From assembly GCA_963696385.1 (NCBI GenBank), contig CAVOKF010000006.1, positions 384,001-448,000 on the forward strand: a DNA stretch of 64,000 nucleotides, given 5' to 3'. The notes under the pieces are model-generated. The model saw nothing but the letters and a program-made list of their open reading frames with translations, was not told where the DNA came from and searched no databases. A program made the position numbers and the translations under genes. Shown one piece after another: positions 1-10,084 of the stretch; the first letter of the stretch is position 1; each line of letters begins with the position of its first letter. This DNA is from an uncultured delta proteobacterium (GTDB lineage: Bacteria > Myxococcota_A > Polyangia > Polyangiales > Polyangiaceae).

Positions 1-639
1 TGGGTGGACGCCGCGGCCATGCAGGAGGCGGTGCGGGATGCCTACCACGACGCGTACGGGCGCCCTTTGTCGACCGCGCGACGGCCGACCGTGCCCGATG
101 TCGTCCCCGATCGGACGTTGCAATCCATGCCGCTTGCGGTGGCCCGTCTGACGACGGACCGGCCTGTGGTCGGCGAACTTCGCCCGGAACGCGACCCGTT
201 CGTTGCCCCAACGCACAAGAAGGCCAGAGCGCTCGCGGGAACCGCCGCCGCTGTGGCCATCTTGATCGTGGCCGCGGTGCCCTGGGCGGCCAGGAGGGTT
301 CTGCACGTTCGAGCGCTTTCCATCGGTTCGACGAACGCGGCATCCGAGGTGCGCGCGGCCGACCGAAGTCTCAGCCTGCAACTGCGGAGCCTGGCCGTCG
401 AACCGACCGTCGCCAGCCCGAGCGCTCCGATCGAAGCCAGGGTCCCGCCCAACCCAAGTGCTCGAATCGAGGGGCCTTCCTCGTCTGCCGCGGCGTCCGG
501 CCCCGCGAGTCCCGCGGACAGTTCGGACCCGGATCCGACCGAAACGATGTCGGCGACGCGCCGGTCGGTGGCCTCGGGCATCGGAACGTTCCCGTCGGCT
601 TCCGCCGGCACCGCCGCGCCACACGTCGCGCGCCACTGA
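1..639 (+). CDS. C-terminal part of a probable membrane Ser/Thr protein kinase (5' truncated)
   Basis: Frame is open from position 1. WVDAAAMQEAV resembles the end of myxobacterial kinase domains, followed by a TM helix (AAAVAILIVAAVPW) and a Pro/Ser/Ala-rich tail. No catalytic motifs are inside the window. Confidence 0.45.
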   Translation, partial: WVDAAAMQEAVRDAYHDAYGRPLSTARRPTVPDVVPDRTLQSMPLAVARLTTDRPVVGELRPERDPFVAPTHKKARALAGTAAAVAILIVAAVPWAARRVLHVRALSIGSTNAASEVRAADRSLSLQLRSLAVEPTVASPSAPIEARVPPNPSARIEGPSSSAAASGPASPADSSDPDPTETMSATRRSVASGIGTFPSASAGTAAPHVARH

Positions 640-1047
640 GCTGGCGCCGGCGGCGTCGCGCAACACATCGTCTGCCACGGATCGAGCCTCCGGTGGACAA
701 GGGCCTCGGCCGGCGCGGGGTAGGTGGGGGCCAGCCATCGCCGTTCGGTGCGTCGTCACGGCCGTCGTCGTCCACTCGGTGAGCGCTCAGACGCGATCGA
801 CCGATTTTCGGAGGCGCCCACTCGATGGCCGGAAATGATTCCGACACCGTGGGCGAACGAGGCCAAGGCGAAATCCGGCGCGTGCGGGTGAAGTCTCCGA
901 AGATCGTTCGACGATTCCGGAAATCGGTCGGACAGCCCGCTGGGTTCGCGCGTCCGACGGCCAAAATAGGCTCGACGCGACGGGGCCGCCTCTTGCAATG
1001 GGCGGATGCAAACGTCGGTACGTGTCCTTTTTGCGGAGTCCTAGGCC

Positions 1048-3432
1048 ATGAGATTCATCGGTCGAAAGTCGGTTCTCCATCGTGTGCTCCTGCTCGGGGC
1101 GGTCGGCGCCGCGGTCGCGGCTCCGCAATTGGGCTGTTCGTCGCCGGCGGCGTCCGAGCCGGGCGACCCCGCGTCGGGCTCGACCCAGCCCGGCGCTTCG
1201 GCGACGGGTTTCGTCGGGATGCAACTGACGCTACCGGGCGGCGAGCCCATCGACTCCATCCACTGGACGATCGCCGGCCCCAATGGATCGTCGAACGTCG
1301 TCCAAACCGGCACGGTCAGTGTCGCCAACAGCACCAAGCCGAGCTTTCTGGTCGGCAACATCCCCGCCGGCACCAGTTACACCGTCACGCTGTCGGGTAC
1401 ATCGACCGACGGCACAGTGACGTGCGTCGGTTCCGTGGCCTTCAGTGTGACGGCCCAGATGACGACGACGGTAACGGTCTCGCTTCAGTGCACGACGACG
1501 GCCCCGGAAGCCGGATCGGTCATCGTCACCGGCAGCACGTACGATTGCGCGACGGCAAACTCGGTCAGCGCCAGCCCGGCCGAGACCACGGTCGGTCACT
1601 CGGTCGCCGTCGCCGCGTCCGCGACAGGCCCGAACCCGAGCGGTCTCACGTACTCGTGGTCGGCGCCGAGCGGATCGTTCGACACCCCGACCGCTCAGAC
1701 GGCCAACTTCACATGCGCCGTGGCCGGTCCCGTGACGCTGACCGTTACCGTGAGTGACGGCCCGATACCCGACGGCGGCGCCTGCAGCGCGGCGCTCGCG
1801 ACGGCGACGCTCGCCGTCACCTGCGACGGCCATCTCGACGCAGCGGCGCAGCTCCCCACGGCCACCCACATCAAGCACCTGGTCGTGATATTCGGCGAGA
1901 ACATCGCCTTCGATCACTATTACGGAACCTATCCTGTGGCGCAGAACAACCCGGGCGAAACGCCATTCACGGCGGCTCCGGGCACGCCGACGGTCAACTC
2001 GCTGGCGACACCCCTCGACCCGACCCATGCGTTCGCTCCGGTGACCGGAGTCAATCTGCTCACGGACAACCCGAACTTCACCAACGCGTCGAACGGCGCG
2101 GGTGCGGCGAATCCCTTTCGGTTGGCCGCCTCCGAGTCCGCCACCGCCGACCAGGGTCACAACTACAAGCCGGAACAGCAGGCGTCCGACCATGGGGCCA
2201 TGGACCTGTTTCCGGACTTCACGGGGACCAATGGACCGCCGCCGGATGCCGGAGCGGTCTCGGCGACCACGGGCCTGGTCATGGCGTACTTCGACGGCAA
2301 CACGGTCAACGCATTCTGGAATTATGCCCAGCGCTACGCCCTGAACGACAACGCGTGGACCACCACGTTTGGTCCGTCCACCCCCGGAGCCATCAACCTG
2401 ATCTCCGGGCAGACCAACGGCATATCGGCGGTGAATCATACACCGCTGTCGACGAGCCACGCCGTCGCCGACGGCAACGGCGGACTCACGCTCATCGGCG
2501 ATGCGGACCCGCTGGGCGACATTTGCACCACGGCGGCGGATCAGGTGAGTTTCTCCGGCCCGAACATCGGCACGCTGCTCAATGCCCAGGGCGTCACGTG
2601 GGGCTGGTTCGAAGGCGGTTTCGATCTCGCGATCACCAACGCGAACGGCTCGACCGGATGCAACCGCAGCACACCGGTGACGGTCCCAGCGCCGGTGACG
2701 TACATTTCGACCGACTACATTCAGCACCACCAGCCGTTTCAGTACTACGCCTCGACGGCCAATCCGACGCATGCGCGGCCGAGTGCGACCGCGGCGATCG
2801 GCAGCAGCGTCGAGACGGACGGCGTGACACCCGAGCCGGCCAATCATCAGTACGACAGCAACGACTTCTTCACTGCGCTGAGCGCCGGCAACCTTCCGGC
2901 GGTGGTCTACCTCAAGGCCCCGGCGTTCGAGGACGGGCATCCCGGCTACTCGGACCCCGTCGACGAGCAGAACTTCGTCGTCAGCGTGGTCAACGCGCTC
3001 CAAGCGGCCCAGGAGTGGAGCTCCACCGCCGTGGTCGTTTCCTACGACGACTCGGACGGGTGGTACGATCACCAGGCGCCGTCGATCGTGAACCCGTCTT
3101 CGACCGCTTCCGACGAGCTCAACGGGTCCGGAATCTGCAATAGCGGTGCACAGCAGAATGGACCGGCTCCGGCCACTCCGCTGCTCGGCGCAACTCCAGC
3201 CGACGGAGGGTCCCCGCTGCCGGCACAGGGCCGCTGCGGCTATGGGACGCGCATCCCGCTCCTGGTCATCTCGCCCTTCGCGAAGCACAACTTCATCGAT
3301 CACACGCTGATCGACCAGACGTCGATCCTCAGGTTCGTCGAGGACAACTGGCTTGGCGGCCAGCGCGTCCAGCCCGGCGGCTCCTTCGACACGATCGCGA
3401 ACTCGCTCGAGAACATGCTGAGCGGCATCTGA
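1048..3432 (+). CDS. Lipoprotein: phosphoesterase (AcpA / phospholipase C family) with N-terminal beta-rich domains
   Basis: Lipobox-like PQLGC. Motifs IKHLVVIFGENIAFDHY, TTFGPSTPG, YDDSDGWYDH and GYGTRIPLLVISP. Confidence 0.88.
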   Translation: MRFIGRKSVLHRVLLLGAVGAAVAAPQLGCSSPAASEPGDPASGSTQPGASATGFVGMQLTLPGGEPIDSIHWTIAGPNGSSNVVQTGTVSVANSTKPSFLVGNIPAGTSYTVTLSGTSTDGTVTCVGSVAFSVTAQMTTTVTVSLQCTTTAPEAGSVIVTGSTYDCATANSVSASPAETTVGHSVAVAASATGPNPSGLTYSWSAPSGSFDTPTAQTANFTCAVAGPVTLTVTVSDGPIPDGGACSAALATATLAVTCDGHLDAAAQLPTATHIKHLVVIFGENIAFDHYYGTYPVAQNNPGETPFTAAPGTPTVNSLATPLDPTHAFAPVTGVNLLTDNPNFTNASNGAGAANPFRLAASESATADQGHNYKPEQQASDHGAMDLFPDFTGTNGPPPDAGAVSATTGLVMAYFDGNTVNAFWNYAQRYALNDNAWTTTFGPSTPGAINLISGQTNGISAVNHTPLSTSHAVADGNGGLTLIGDADPLGDICTTAADQVSFSGPNIGTLLNAQGVTWGWFEGGFDLAITNANGSTGCNRSTPVTVPAPVTYISTDYIQHHQPFQYYASTANPTHARPSATAAIGSSVETDGVTPEPANHQYDSNDFFTALSAGNLPAVVYLKAPAFEDGHPGYSDPVDEQNFVVSVVNALQAAQEWSSTAVVVSYDDSDGWYDHQAPSIVNPSSTASDELNGSGICNSGAQQNGPAPATPLLGATPADGGSPLPAQGRCGYGTRIPLLVISPFAKHNFIDHTLIDQTSILRFVEDNWLGGQRVQPGGSFDTIANSLENMLSGI

Positions 3433-3727
3433 TCGACCCCTTCGAAACGGTCGAATGCCGATCGAGTGCGGGCGCGCCGCAGTTCGCGCACAGCGGGCCC
3501 GCCCACTCGAGTTTCTGGCGAACGTTCTGGCGAGAAGAAAAAGGGAGCCCTTTTCGCGCGGGTGCGCCCGGGGGGGGGGGCCAGCGCTGGCTTCGGCCGG
3601 GGGCGTGGCCGCTTGGCAGTAAAGGCCGCGCAAATACGCCGGGGTCGGTGCGCGGATCCCTCGAATCTCGAATCGGCCGGTAGTACTCCTTGGCGTCCGA
3701 GGAGTCTCTGCCCATGGGCGACGCGTA

Positions 3728-3743
3728 CGGCACGATTTCTGCG
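3728..3743 (+). promoter_or_regulatory. sigma54 (-24/-12) promoter for amt
   Basis: CGGCACGATTTCTGCG = GG-N10-GC, close to the TGGCACG-N4-TTGC consensus, upstream of the ammonium transporter. Confidence 0.65.
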
Positions 3744-3848
3744 TTCGAACGGCTCGCATGGGCCGCGCCAGCCCGGGGGCGCCGGGCCGGCGTCATCCCG
3801 GCGGCGACGAATGGGTGTAGCCCATGTGTCCCGCGATTTTGGGCGATC

Positions 3849-5387
3849 GTGTTCGGCCTCTTCGTCCTGGTGGGCGCGCCGACCGCCGCCTTGGCGCAGG
3901 GCGCTCCGATCGGCTCGGTGGCCGCGCCGACGGTCGCCGCCGCGCCCGCTCCCGCGCCCGCCCCCGCGATCGATCTCGAGACGCGCGTCGCCGACCTGGA
4001 AGCCTACATCAACAACACCGCTCCCAAGAAACTGTCGGCCCCTGGACCGGGCCACAACGCATGGATGATGGCCTCGAGTGCCCTCGTTCTTTTCATGACC
4101 CTTCCGGGGCTAGCGCTCTTTTACGGTGGCCTCGTCCGCCGGAAGAACGTGTTGTCCGTGATGGCTCAATGCCTTGGTTGCGCAGGCTTCGTGACCATCC
4201 TCTGGTGGCTCTTTGGGTACAGTCTCGTCTTCTCGAGCGGCTCGCCGCTGCTCGGCAGCCTGCGGTTTGCACTGCTCCAGGGAGTCGGCGCGACTCCGAA
4301 CGCGGACTACGGGGCATGGGTGTCGCACAGCGTTTTTGCGATGTACCAGCTCATGTTTGCGATCATCACTCCGGCCCTGATCGTCGGCGCCATCGCCGAG
4401 CGCATGAAATACAGCGCACTCATGCTGTTTCTCTTCGGCTGGATGCTCCTCGTCTATTTTCCGCTCGCGCACATGGTTTGGGGCGTGGACGGTTGGATGA
4501 ACGGCGTCTGGAACGCGCATGCATCGATTAAGGCGATCGACTTCGCGGGCGGAACCGTGGTGCACATGTCCTCGGGCTGGTCCGCGCTCGTTCTCTGCCT
4601 CGTGCTCGGCAAGCGGTCGGGCTTTGGCCAGCGCGCCTTCTATCCGCACAGCCTCGTTCTCACGATGATCGGCACCGGGATGCTCTGGGTGGGGTGGTAC
4701 GGATTCAACGCGGGAAGCGCGGTAGCGGCCGACGGCATCGCGGCCCAGGCATTCATGGCGACGACGCTGGCCACAGCCGTGGCGTCGGTCGTGTGGCCCG
4801 GCATCGAATGGTTGACGCGCGGAAAGCCGACGGTTCTCGGTTTCTGCTCCGGCGCGGTGGCAGGGCTCGTCGTCGTCACCCCCGCCTCCGGTTTCGTGAC
4901 CGCGAACGGCGCGGTCGTCATCGGGCTTCTCGCAGGCACGATTCCGTATCTCGCGTGCACCAAACTGAAGAGTATTTTCAATTACGACGACGCGCTCGAC
5001 ACGTTTGGCGTACACGGGGTCGGCGGAACGCTGGGTGCCCTCGTCACCGGATTTTTGGCCACCCCCGAGGCCAATCCAAATCTCAGCACGAACCTCGCTG
5101 GCTTCGTCGGCAATAGCCTCTGGATCGAGCAGATCAAGGCGATGGGCGTGACCATTGTCCTGGCGAGCGTCGTCACGTTCGTCTTGGCGACCCTCATCCG
5201 AGTCTCGGTGGGGCTCCGACCCGACGCCGAGGCCGAAGAGGACGGCCTCGATCAGATCGAGCATGGCGAGTCGGGGTATCACCTCGATGAGGGCGGAGCC
5301 GTCGCAGGACGGGCAGGGGAACACGCGTCGTTCGGTTCGGTCGCGTCGACAATCGCCGGTGCGGCCGGGTCTCCCAGCGAACAATGA
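3849..5387 (+). CDS. amtB: Ammonium transporter (Amt family); start uncertain (ORF open from 3690)
   Basis: ALFYGGLVRRKNVLS, DFAGGTVVH, GWYGFNAGS and DDALDTFGVHG. The in-frame GTG at 3849 was chosen because it lies downstream of the sigma54 promoter. Confidence 0.95.
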   Translation: MFGLFVLVGAPTAALAQGAPIGSVAAPTVAAAPAPAPAPAIDLETRVADLEAYINNTAPKKLSAPGPGHNAWMMASSALVLFMTLPGLALFYGGLVRRKNVLSVMAQCLGCAGFVTILWWLFGYSLVFSSGSPLLGSLRFALLQGVGATPNADYGAWVSHSVFAMYQLMFAIITPALIVGAIAERMKYSALMLFLFGWMLLVYFPLAHMVWGVDGWMNGVWNAHASIKAIDFAGGTVVHMSSGWSALVLCLVLGKRSGFGQRAFYPHSLVLTMIGTGMLWVGWYGFNAGSAVAADGIAAQAFMATTLATAVASVVWPGIEWLTRGKPTVLGFCSGAVAGLVVVTPASGFVTANGAVVIGLLAGTIPYLACTKLKSIFNYDDALDTFGVHGVGGTLGALVTGFLATPEANPNLSTNLAGFVGNSLWIEQIKAMGVTIVLASVVTFVLATLIRVSVGLRPDAEAEEDGLDQIEHGESGYHLDEGGAVAGRAGEHASFGSVASTIAGAAGSPSEQ

Positions 5388-5488
5388 GCTGATCGCGGAG
5401 TGCGGCCCCGCCCTCGAGGTCGCGCTCGAGGGTCCGCTCAGAGCCAAGGGGTCAGCCGGCGGTGAGGGGCCGGATGAGCTGAACCGAC

Positions 5489-5518
5489 GCAGTCCGTGCG
5501 CATTCGTGCAACCGCCAC
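5489..5518. promoter_or_regulatory. Candidate tandem enhancer (UAS) for a sigma54 activator
   Basis: GCAGTCCGTGC-N8-GCAACCGCCAC. Same architecture as sites at 7624, 10602, 51887, 53655 and 55147. Confidence 0.45.
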
Positions 5519-5640
5519 GCGGCGCGCGGTGTCCTGCTTCGGCTCGGAAGGCCGCGTAGCGGCGGAGAACGGGCCGCTCTCGCGCGGGGACGCGCGGGGA
5601 GCAGGGGGGAGGCGACGACCGTGAGAACGCGGCAAGGGAT

Positions 5641-5656
5641 TGGAACGGTCGTTGCT
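5641..5656 (+). promoter_or_regulatory. sigma54 promoter for the BON gene
   Basis: TGGAACGGTCGTTGCT (GG-N10-GC). Confidence 0.7.
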
Positions 5657-5696
5657 CAGACGGGGATTCACGACCACGTTTCGAAGGAGGATGCCC

Positions 5697-6371
5697 ATGG
5701 GCCCGAACAAGAAGACCGACGCGCAGATTCAGGGTGAAGTGATCGAAGAGCTCGGTTGGGATACGCGCGTAAAAGCGACCGACGTCGGCGTCGAGGTCAA
5801 CGCCGGGGTCGTCACGCTCACAGGGACGGTCGAGAGTTGGGCGGCGCGACTCGCCGCACAGGAAGCGGCTCATCGGGTCTGTAGCGTGCTCGACGTCGCG
5901 AACGACATCCGGGTCAAGGTCTTCGGCTCTTATGAGCGCAACGATACGGATATTGCGCAAGCCGTGCGCCACGCCCTGGAGTGGGACATTCTCGTGCCGC
6001 ACGAGCGAATCCAGACGACCGTGTCGAACGGCGTCGTGACGCTCGAAGGGAAAGTCGATTTCTGGAGCCAATACGATGACGCAGCGCGCTCCGTCCGAAA
6101 TCTTGCGGGCGTGCGCGAGGTGCGAAATCAAATCATGGTGGAGCCTTCCGCGCCGCGGGTGGCGCCTCAAACGGTGCGAATCGCGATTGAACAGGCGCTC
6201 GAGCGGCACGCCGCGCATGCCGCCAAGCACGTGCAGGTCGCCGTCGCCGACGGCAAGGTCGTTCTCACCGGAGACGTTCCATCGTGGGCCGAGCGCCATG
6301 CCGTCGAGGGCGCGGTCCGCGGGACGCCGGGAGTGCGCAGAGTCGACAACCAATTGCGCATTCAGCTGTAG
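5697..6371 (+). CDS. Triple BON-domain protein (OsmY-like)
   Basis: Three repeats of V.v.nGvVTL.G.V...V.N.i.v. RBS AGGAGG at 5685-5690. Confidence 0.92.
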   Translation: MGPNKKTDAQIQGEVIEELGWDTRVKATDVGVEVNAGVVTLTGTVESWAARLAAQEAAHRVCSVLDVANDIRVKVFGSYERNDTDIAQAVRHALEWDILVPHERIQTTVSNGVVTLEGKVDFWSQYDDAARSVRNLAGVREVRNQIMVEPSAPRVAPQTVRIAIEQALERHAAHAAKHVQVAVADGKVVLTGDVPSWAERHAVEGAVRGTPGVRRVDNQLRIQL

Positions 6372-6567
6372 TGGCCCGAGTCCAGGGATCGAACGGCTTG
6401 CGCGATGCTCGCGCGATGGACCGCGCGGCCAGTCATGGCCCCTCCGCTTCTCGAAGGCTTGCTAGGATGGCTCGGTCTCGTTGGCTCGCCTATCCTCGAG
6501 ATCCATGAAGGGAGCACTCGAAACTAAGTACGACCTCCTGGTACGGTACGTGCTGAGAGGTCCGCAC

Positions 6568-6924
6568 ATGGTGACGTCGAAGATTCGCGCATGGGCGCTT
6601 GTAGCGATCGGGGCCGGGCTCGTACCGATGGGCTCGGCTTGTTACGTCGAGCCGGCTCCGCCTCCCGCGGTTGCGGTGGCGCCTCCCGTGGTTGCGGAGG
6701 GCTACGACCCTCAATACTACGACGGTTACGTCGTCTACTACGACGCCGTGGGCAGGCCCTTTTACTACGTGGGCGGCGCCGTCGTGTGGGTACCCCCCAC
6801 GTCTCCGTTCTACATCGGCCTCACGGACCACTGGCGCGGCCACCGGGCGGAGTACGCTCGCTGGCACGAGCGCTATGGCGCTCGGTACCGAGGGTACCGA
6901 GACAATGGGCGCCGCCGGCGCTAA
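6568..6924 (+). CDS. Small Tyr/Arg-rich lipoprotein, hypothetical
   Basis: Signal peptide with GSAC lipobox, YYDGYVVYYD segment and basic C-terminus. Confidence 0.7.
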   Translation: MVTSKIRAWALVAIGAGLVPMGSACYVEPAPPPAVAVAPPVVAEGYDPQYYDGYVVYYDAVGRPFYYVGGAVVWVPPTSPFYIGLTDHWRGHRAEYARWHERYGARYRGYRDNGRRRR

Positions 6925-7051
6925 GGCGCCGCCGGCATCGGGCGCGAATCGACGGCTGCCGTCGACCCGACGCGTTCCGGTTCTTTGGGCTCATGCCCTG
7001 TGGCTAGTTGTCTCCCTTCACGGTTGTCGCGAACGACCCGCAGGTGCCCTC

Positions 7052-7531
7052 ATGACGCTGCAATTGACGTCGCCGAGCTTCGAGCACGAGACGGAGATTC
7101 CCACCGCGCACACGTGCGAAGGATCGGACGTATCTCCGTCGCTGGCCTGGGCCGGCGTCCCCCAGGGGACTCGGAGCCTCGCGCTCATCGTGGACGACCC
7201 CGACGCGCCGGATCCGCAAGCCCCGAAAACGACGTGGGTCCATTGGGTCGTCTACGACATTCCGCCGAGCGCCAAGGGCCTGCCGGAAGGTGCGACGGCC
7301 AAGCAGCTTCCGGCAGGGGCTCGCGAAGGAAGAAACGACTGGAAAACCGTGGGGTACCGCGGTCCATGTCCCCCGATCGGTCGTCATCGGTATTTTCACA
7401 AGCTTTATGCGTTGGACGTGGTCATGGCCGACTTGGGACAGCCCGACAAGGCTGCGCTCGAGAGCGCGATGCGCGGCCATGTTCTGGCTCAAGCCACGTT
7501 GATCGGCACGTACGCGAAGAAGCGCCGCTGA
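7052..7531 (+). CDS. YbhB/YbcL family (PEBP / Raf kinase inhibitor-like) protein
   Basis: DDPDAP, WVHWVVYDIP and GPCPPIGRHRYF. Confidence 0.93.
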   Translation: MTLQLTSPSFEHETEIPTAHTCEGSDVSPSLAWAGVPQGTRSLALIVDDPDAPDPQAPKTTWVHWVVYDIPPSAKGLPEGATAKQLPAGAREGRNDWKTVGYRGPCPPIGRHRYFHKLYALDVVMADLGQPDKAALESAMRGHVLAQATLIGTYAKKRR

Positions 7532-7623
7532 ACGGATTCGCTTCTCAGGAAGTTCGAATCTCGGGGACTTCGCTTCGCCGATCGCCGTGGCGGCCGCGTC
7601 CCGCAGGAGTCTCGCCCCAAGCG

Positions 7624-7653
7624 GCGCGGACTGCGCGGCCGTGCAAGCCTTGC
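7624..7653. promoter_or_regulatory. Candidate tandem enhancer (UAS)
   Basis: GCGCGGACTGC-N8-GCAAGCCTTGC, about 80 bp upstream of the -24 element at 7734. Confidence 0.55.
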
Positions 7654-7732
7654 GTACCGGGCTGCACTCGAGTGGCTTCGCCACGTGGCTCGCGGCACGC
7701 CCGCACCCCGCGACCCGCGGCAGCGGAGATCC

Positions 7733-7748
7733 TGGCGCGAGCTTCGCA
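7733..7748 (+). promoter_or_regulatory. sigma54 promoter
   Basis: TGGCGCGAGCTTCGCA (GG-N10-GC). The ATG starts 16 nt after the -12 C. Confidence 0.6.
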
Positions 7749-7762
7749 TCCATGGTTCGGCC

Positions 7763-8878
7763 ATGATCGGCACGCGCACGAGTTTGGCTTCGGCGGTCGC
7801 CGCCGTCGCGGCACTTTTGACGGTCCGCTGTGGCGGTTCTGCAGCCGTCCACGCCGAGCCCGTGGCATCGCCCGCGACGCCACCTTCGGCAACTCTCGCG
7901 ACGGCACCTCCGGCATCGCCGGGGGCGGCACCTGCTGCTGGGTCCGTCGAGCCGAAGGCGGCTTCTCACGAAGTCGGGGACGAGGCGCACCGCCTCGTCA
8001 TTGCGGCGGCCGCGTGCTGGGCCGGCGGAACATGGTCCGATGCACTGGGCGAAGAAGACGCCATGAAGCAGAAGGGCATCGAGGCTCGGTGCAGCGATCT
8101 CGAGAGGCGCGTTTGGGCCGGAGCGCAGGACAAGACGCATTACGAGCAACTTCGCGCCCTCGAGACCAACGCCGTGGCCGACGTCGTCGCGAGGGTCGAC
8201 GAGACCGCGAGAGCGGACCACGTCGATCGCCCAACGCGAGATGCGCTGGTCCGTCTGACGTCGGTCCTGGCCGACGAGCAGCGCGAGCTGATGCTGGCCC
8301 GTCGTGCCGGCGACCGCGTCAAGCGCGACCTCGATCACGAACCGGAGAAGCTCAACGCCAACGAAGTCGAAGCCGTGGTGCCGTTGCGCGCCCATGCCGA
8401 TCTCGAGAAGCTCCTGAAGCTCGACGTCGGCCCCTTTTCGCACGAGGCCCATGCGCTCGGGCTGCTCTGCGCCCTCGACCGACTCGAAATCGCACGCGGC
8501 CTGCCCAAACACTTGAAGCTTTACGCCGTCGCGGAACCCTTCCGGATCCTCTTCGGGGTATCCGTGCCGAATGTGCCCGCGGATGCAACCAGAAAGCTCG
8601 TTCCAGGCACCTGGCTCCGCTTCTTGAGCGACACGGCTGCGGCGGCGGGCTATCCGGTGAGCAACGAGGCCACGACGCCGCGAGAGAAAGATGCGCTCGC
8701 GTGGGCGGGCATGCTCCGAGGTTTCAGCGAAAAGCTGAAGGCCGACACGGACGCTCTGCCGGCCGACACCGAGCTCGCGCATGTCTTGACCGTGGCGCAC
8801 CGACGCTTGGAAGCCGAGTACGACGCGCAGGTCGCCGCCCAGCGGAGCTTGCACACCTCTCCGGTCATGGGGCACTGA
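7763..8878 (+). CDS. Hypothetical helical lipoprotein
   Basis: Hydrophobic signal ending LTVRC, Pro/Ala linker, then a helical domain with protein-like composition. Confidence 0.75.
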   Translation: MIGTRTSLASAVAAVAALLTVRCGGSAAVHAEPVASPATPPSATLATAPPASPGAAPAAGSVEPKAASHEVGDEAHRLVIAAAACWAGGTWSDALGEEDAMKQKGIEARCSDLERRVWAGAQDKTHYEQLRALETNAVADVVARVDETARADHVDRPTRDALVRLTSVLADEQRELMLARRAGDRVKRDLDHEPEKLNANEVEAVVPLRAHADLEKLLKLDVGPFSHEAHALGLLCALDRLEIARGLPKHLKLYAVAEPFRILFGVSVPNVPADATRKLVPGTWLRFLSDTAAAAGYPVSNEATTPREKDALAWAGMLRGFSEKLKADTDALPADTELAHVLTVAHRRLEAEYDAQVAAQRSLHTSPVMGH

Positions 8879-8904
8879 CGAAGCCCTTTTTCAGGTTCGT
8901 CTTT

Positions 8905-8973
8905 CCAGGGCAGCGAGATCGGCACGGGCTCTCGGGATCGCCAGGGTGAGATCGGGACGGGCTCTCGGGATCG
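8905..8973. repeat. Imperfect ~35 bp direct repeat, two copies
   Basis: CCAGGG...GAGATCGG(C/G)ACGGGCTCTCGGGATCG occurs twice, between convergent genes. Confidence 0.7.
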
Positions 8974-8974
8974 G

Positions 8975-10072
8975 CTACGGATCGGCTGCCGCGCCGAGTT
9001 CGATCCCGATAGCGCGTGCGCAGCGAACGAGTTCGCCCGCCGGGTCGACCGTGTACGCGGCTCGGGGCACCTCGGTGAACGGCACGGAGTCGATCTTGCC
9101 CGATCGGAGCGTGACCATCCGCCCGAAGCGACGCTCGGCACAAAGGTCGGCGGCGTGGGCGCCGAAGCGGCTCGCAAGCAGTCGGTCGGAGGCCGTCGGT
9201 GTCCCGCCCCGCTGCAAGTGGCCGAGTACCGTGACGCGTACCTCGTGGCCGATGTCGCAAGACACGAGTTGCTCCGAGAGCCGTTGCCCGGCGCCGCCCA
9301 ATCGCGCCGGGCGACCCCCGTGCGCCGGCTCGATCTCGCTGGTTTGCCCCCCCCCGGGGCGTGCCCCTTCGCCGATGACGACGATCGAGAAGCGAAGGCC
9401 GAGCGATTCTCGCTCCCGAATCTTCGCCACGACGCGCGCCGGGTCGTAGGCAATCTCCGGGATGAGGACCGCGTCGGCACCGCCCGCGATCCCCGCACGC
9501 AGGGCGAGCCATCCGGCGCTTCGCCCCATCACCTCGACGATCATGACGCGCTGGTGCGCCTCGGCGGTCGAGTGAAGCGCATCGACGGCTCGCGTAGCCG
9601 TTTCGACCGCCGTATCGATGCCGCACGTCTGCTCGGTCGCACCGAGGTCGCCGTCAATCGTTTTCGGAATGCCGATGCAGGGTACGCCGAGATCGCCGAG
9701 GCTCCTGGCGATCGCCATCGTGCCGTCGCCGCCCGCGAGCACCAAGCCGTCGATTCCGTGGGTGGCGAGCGCGCGTATCGACGCCTCCGCTGCGGCCGCA
9801 GGGTTTCCGCCCTCCTTCGCGAACGGATTGCTCCGCGTCGAGCAGCCCAAGATGCTGCCTCCGCGTGGAAGGCTTCCGCGCACGTCCTCGATGCGCAGAG
9901 AAACGATGTCTCCGCGGCCGAGCAGACCCTCGAAGCCGAAGCGGCTGCCGGACACGCGGATCGAACGGTGGGTCGCAGCATGGTAGAAAGCGCGAATCGC
10001 CGCGTTGAGGCCGGGAGCATCGCCTCCGCCCGTCAGAAGGCAGATGTGCAGGTTGCCGCTCGGTGGAGTCAT
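8975..10072 (-). CDS. pfkA: 6-phosphofructokinase (probably ATP-dependent, GGDG motif)
   Basis: TGGGDAPGLN, GGDGT, PKTIDGD, EVMGR and LGHLQRGG. Confidence 0.93.
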   Translation of the reverse strand: MTPPSGNLHICLLTGGGDAPGLNAAIRAFYHAATHRSIRVSGSRFGFEGLLGRGDIVSLRIEDVRGSLPRGGSILGCSTRSNPFAKEGGNPAAAAEASIRALATHGIDGLVLAGGDGTMAIARSLGDLGVPCIGIPKTIDGDLGATEQTCGIDTAVETATRAVDALHSTAEAHQRVMIVEVMGRSAGWLALRAGIAGGADAVLIPEIAYDPARVVAKIRERESLGLRFSIVVIGEGARPGGGQTSEIEPAHGGRPARLGGAGQRLSEQLVSCDIGHEVRVTVLGHLQRGGTPTASDRLLASRFGAHAADLCAERRFGRMVTLRSGKIDSVPFTEVPRAAYTVDPAGELVRCARAIGIELGAAADP

Positions 10073-10084
10073 TGGGAGCGGCCT

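Noticed and set aside
3570..3580. G11 homopolymer as a phase-variation switch
   Set aside because: Intergenic, about 150 bp from the promoter core, and homopolymer length is unreliable in this assembly.
1231..3759. 842 aa minus-strand ORF and many similar long antisense ORFs (e.g. 29059-31722, 45557-48334, 22749-25292)
   Set aside because: Shadows of real genes in high-GC DNA; Arg/Gly/Ala-rich with no family motifs.
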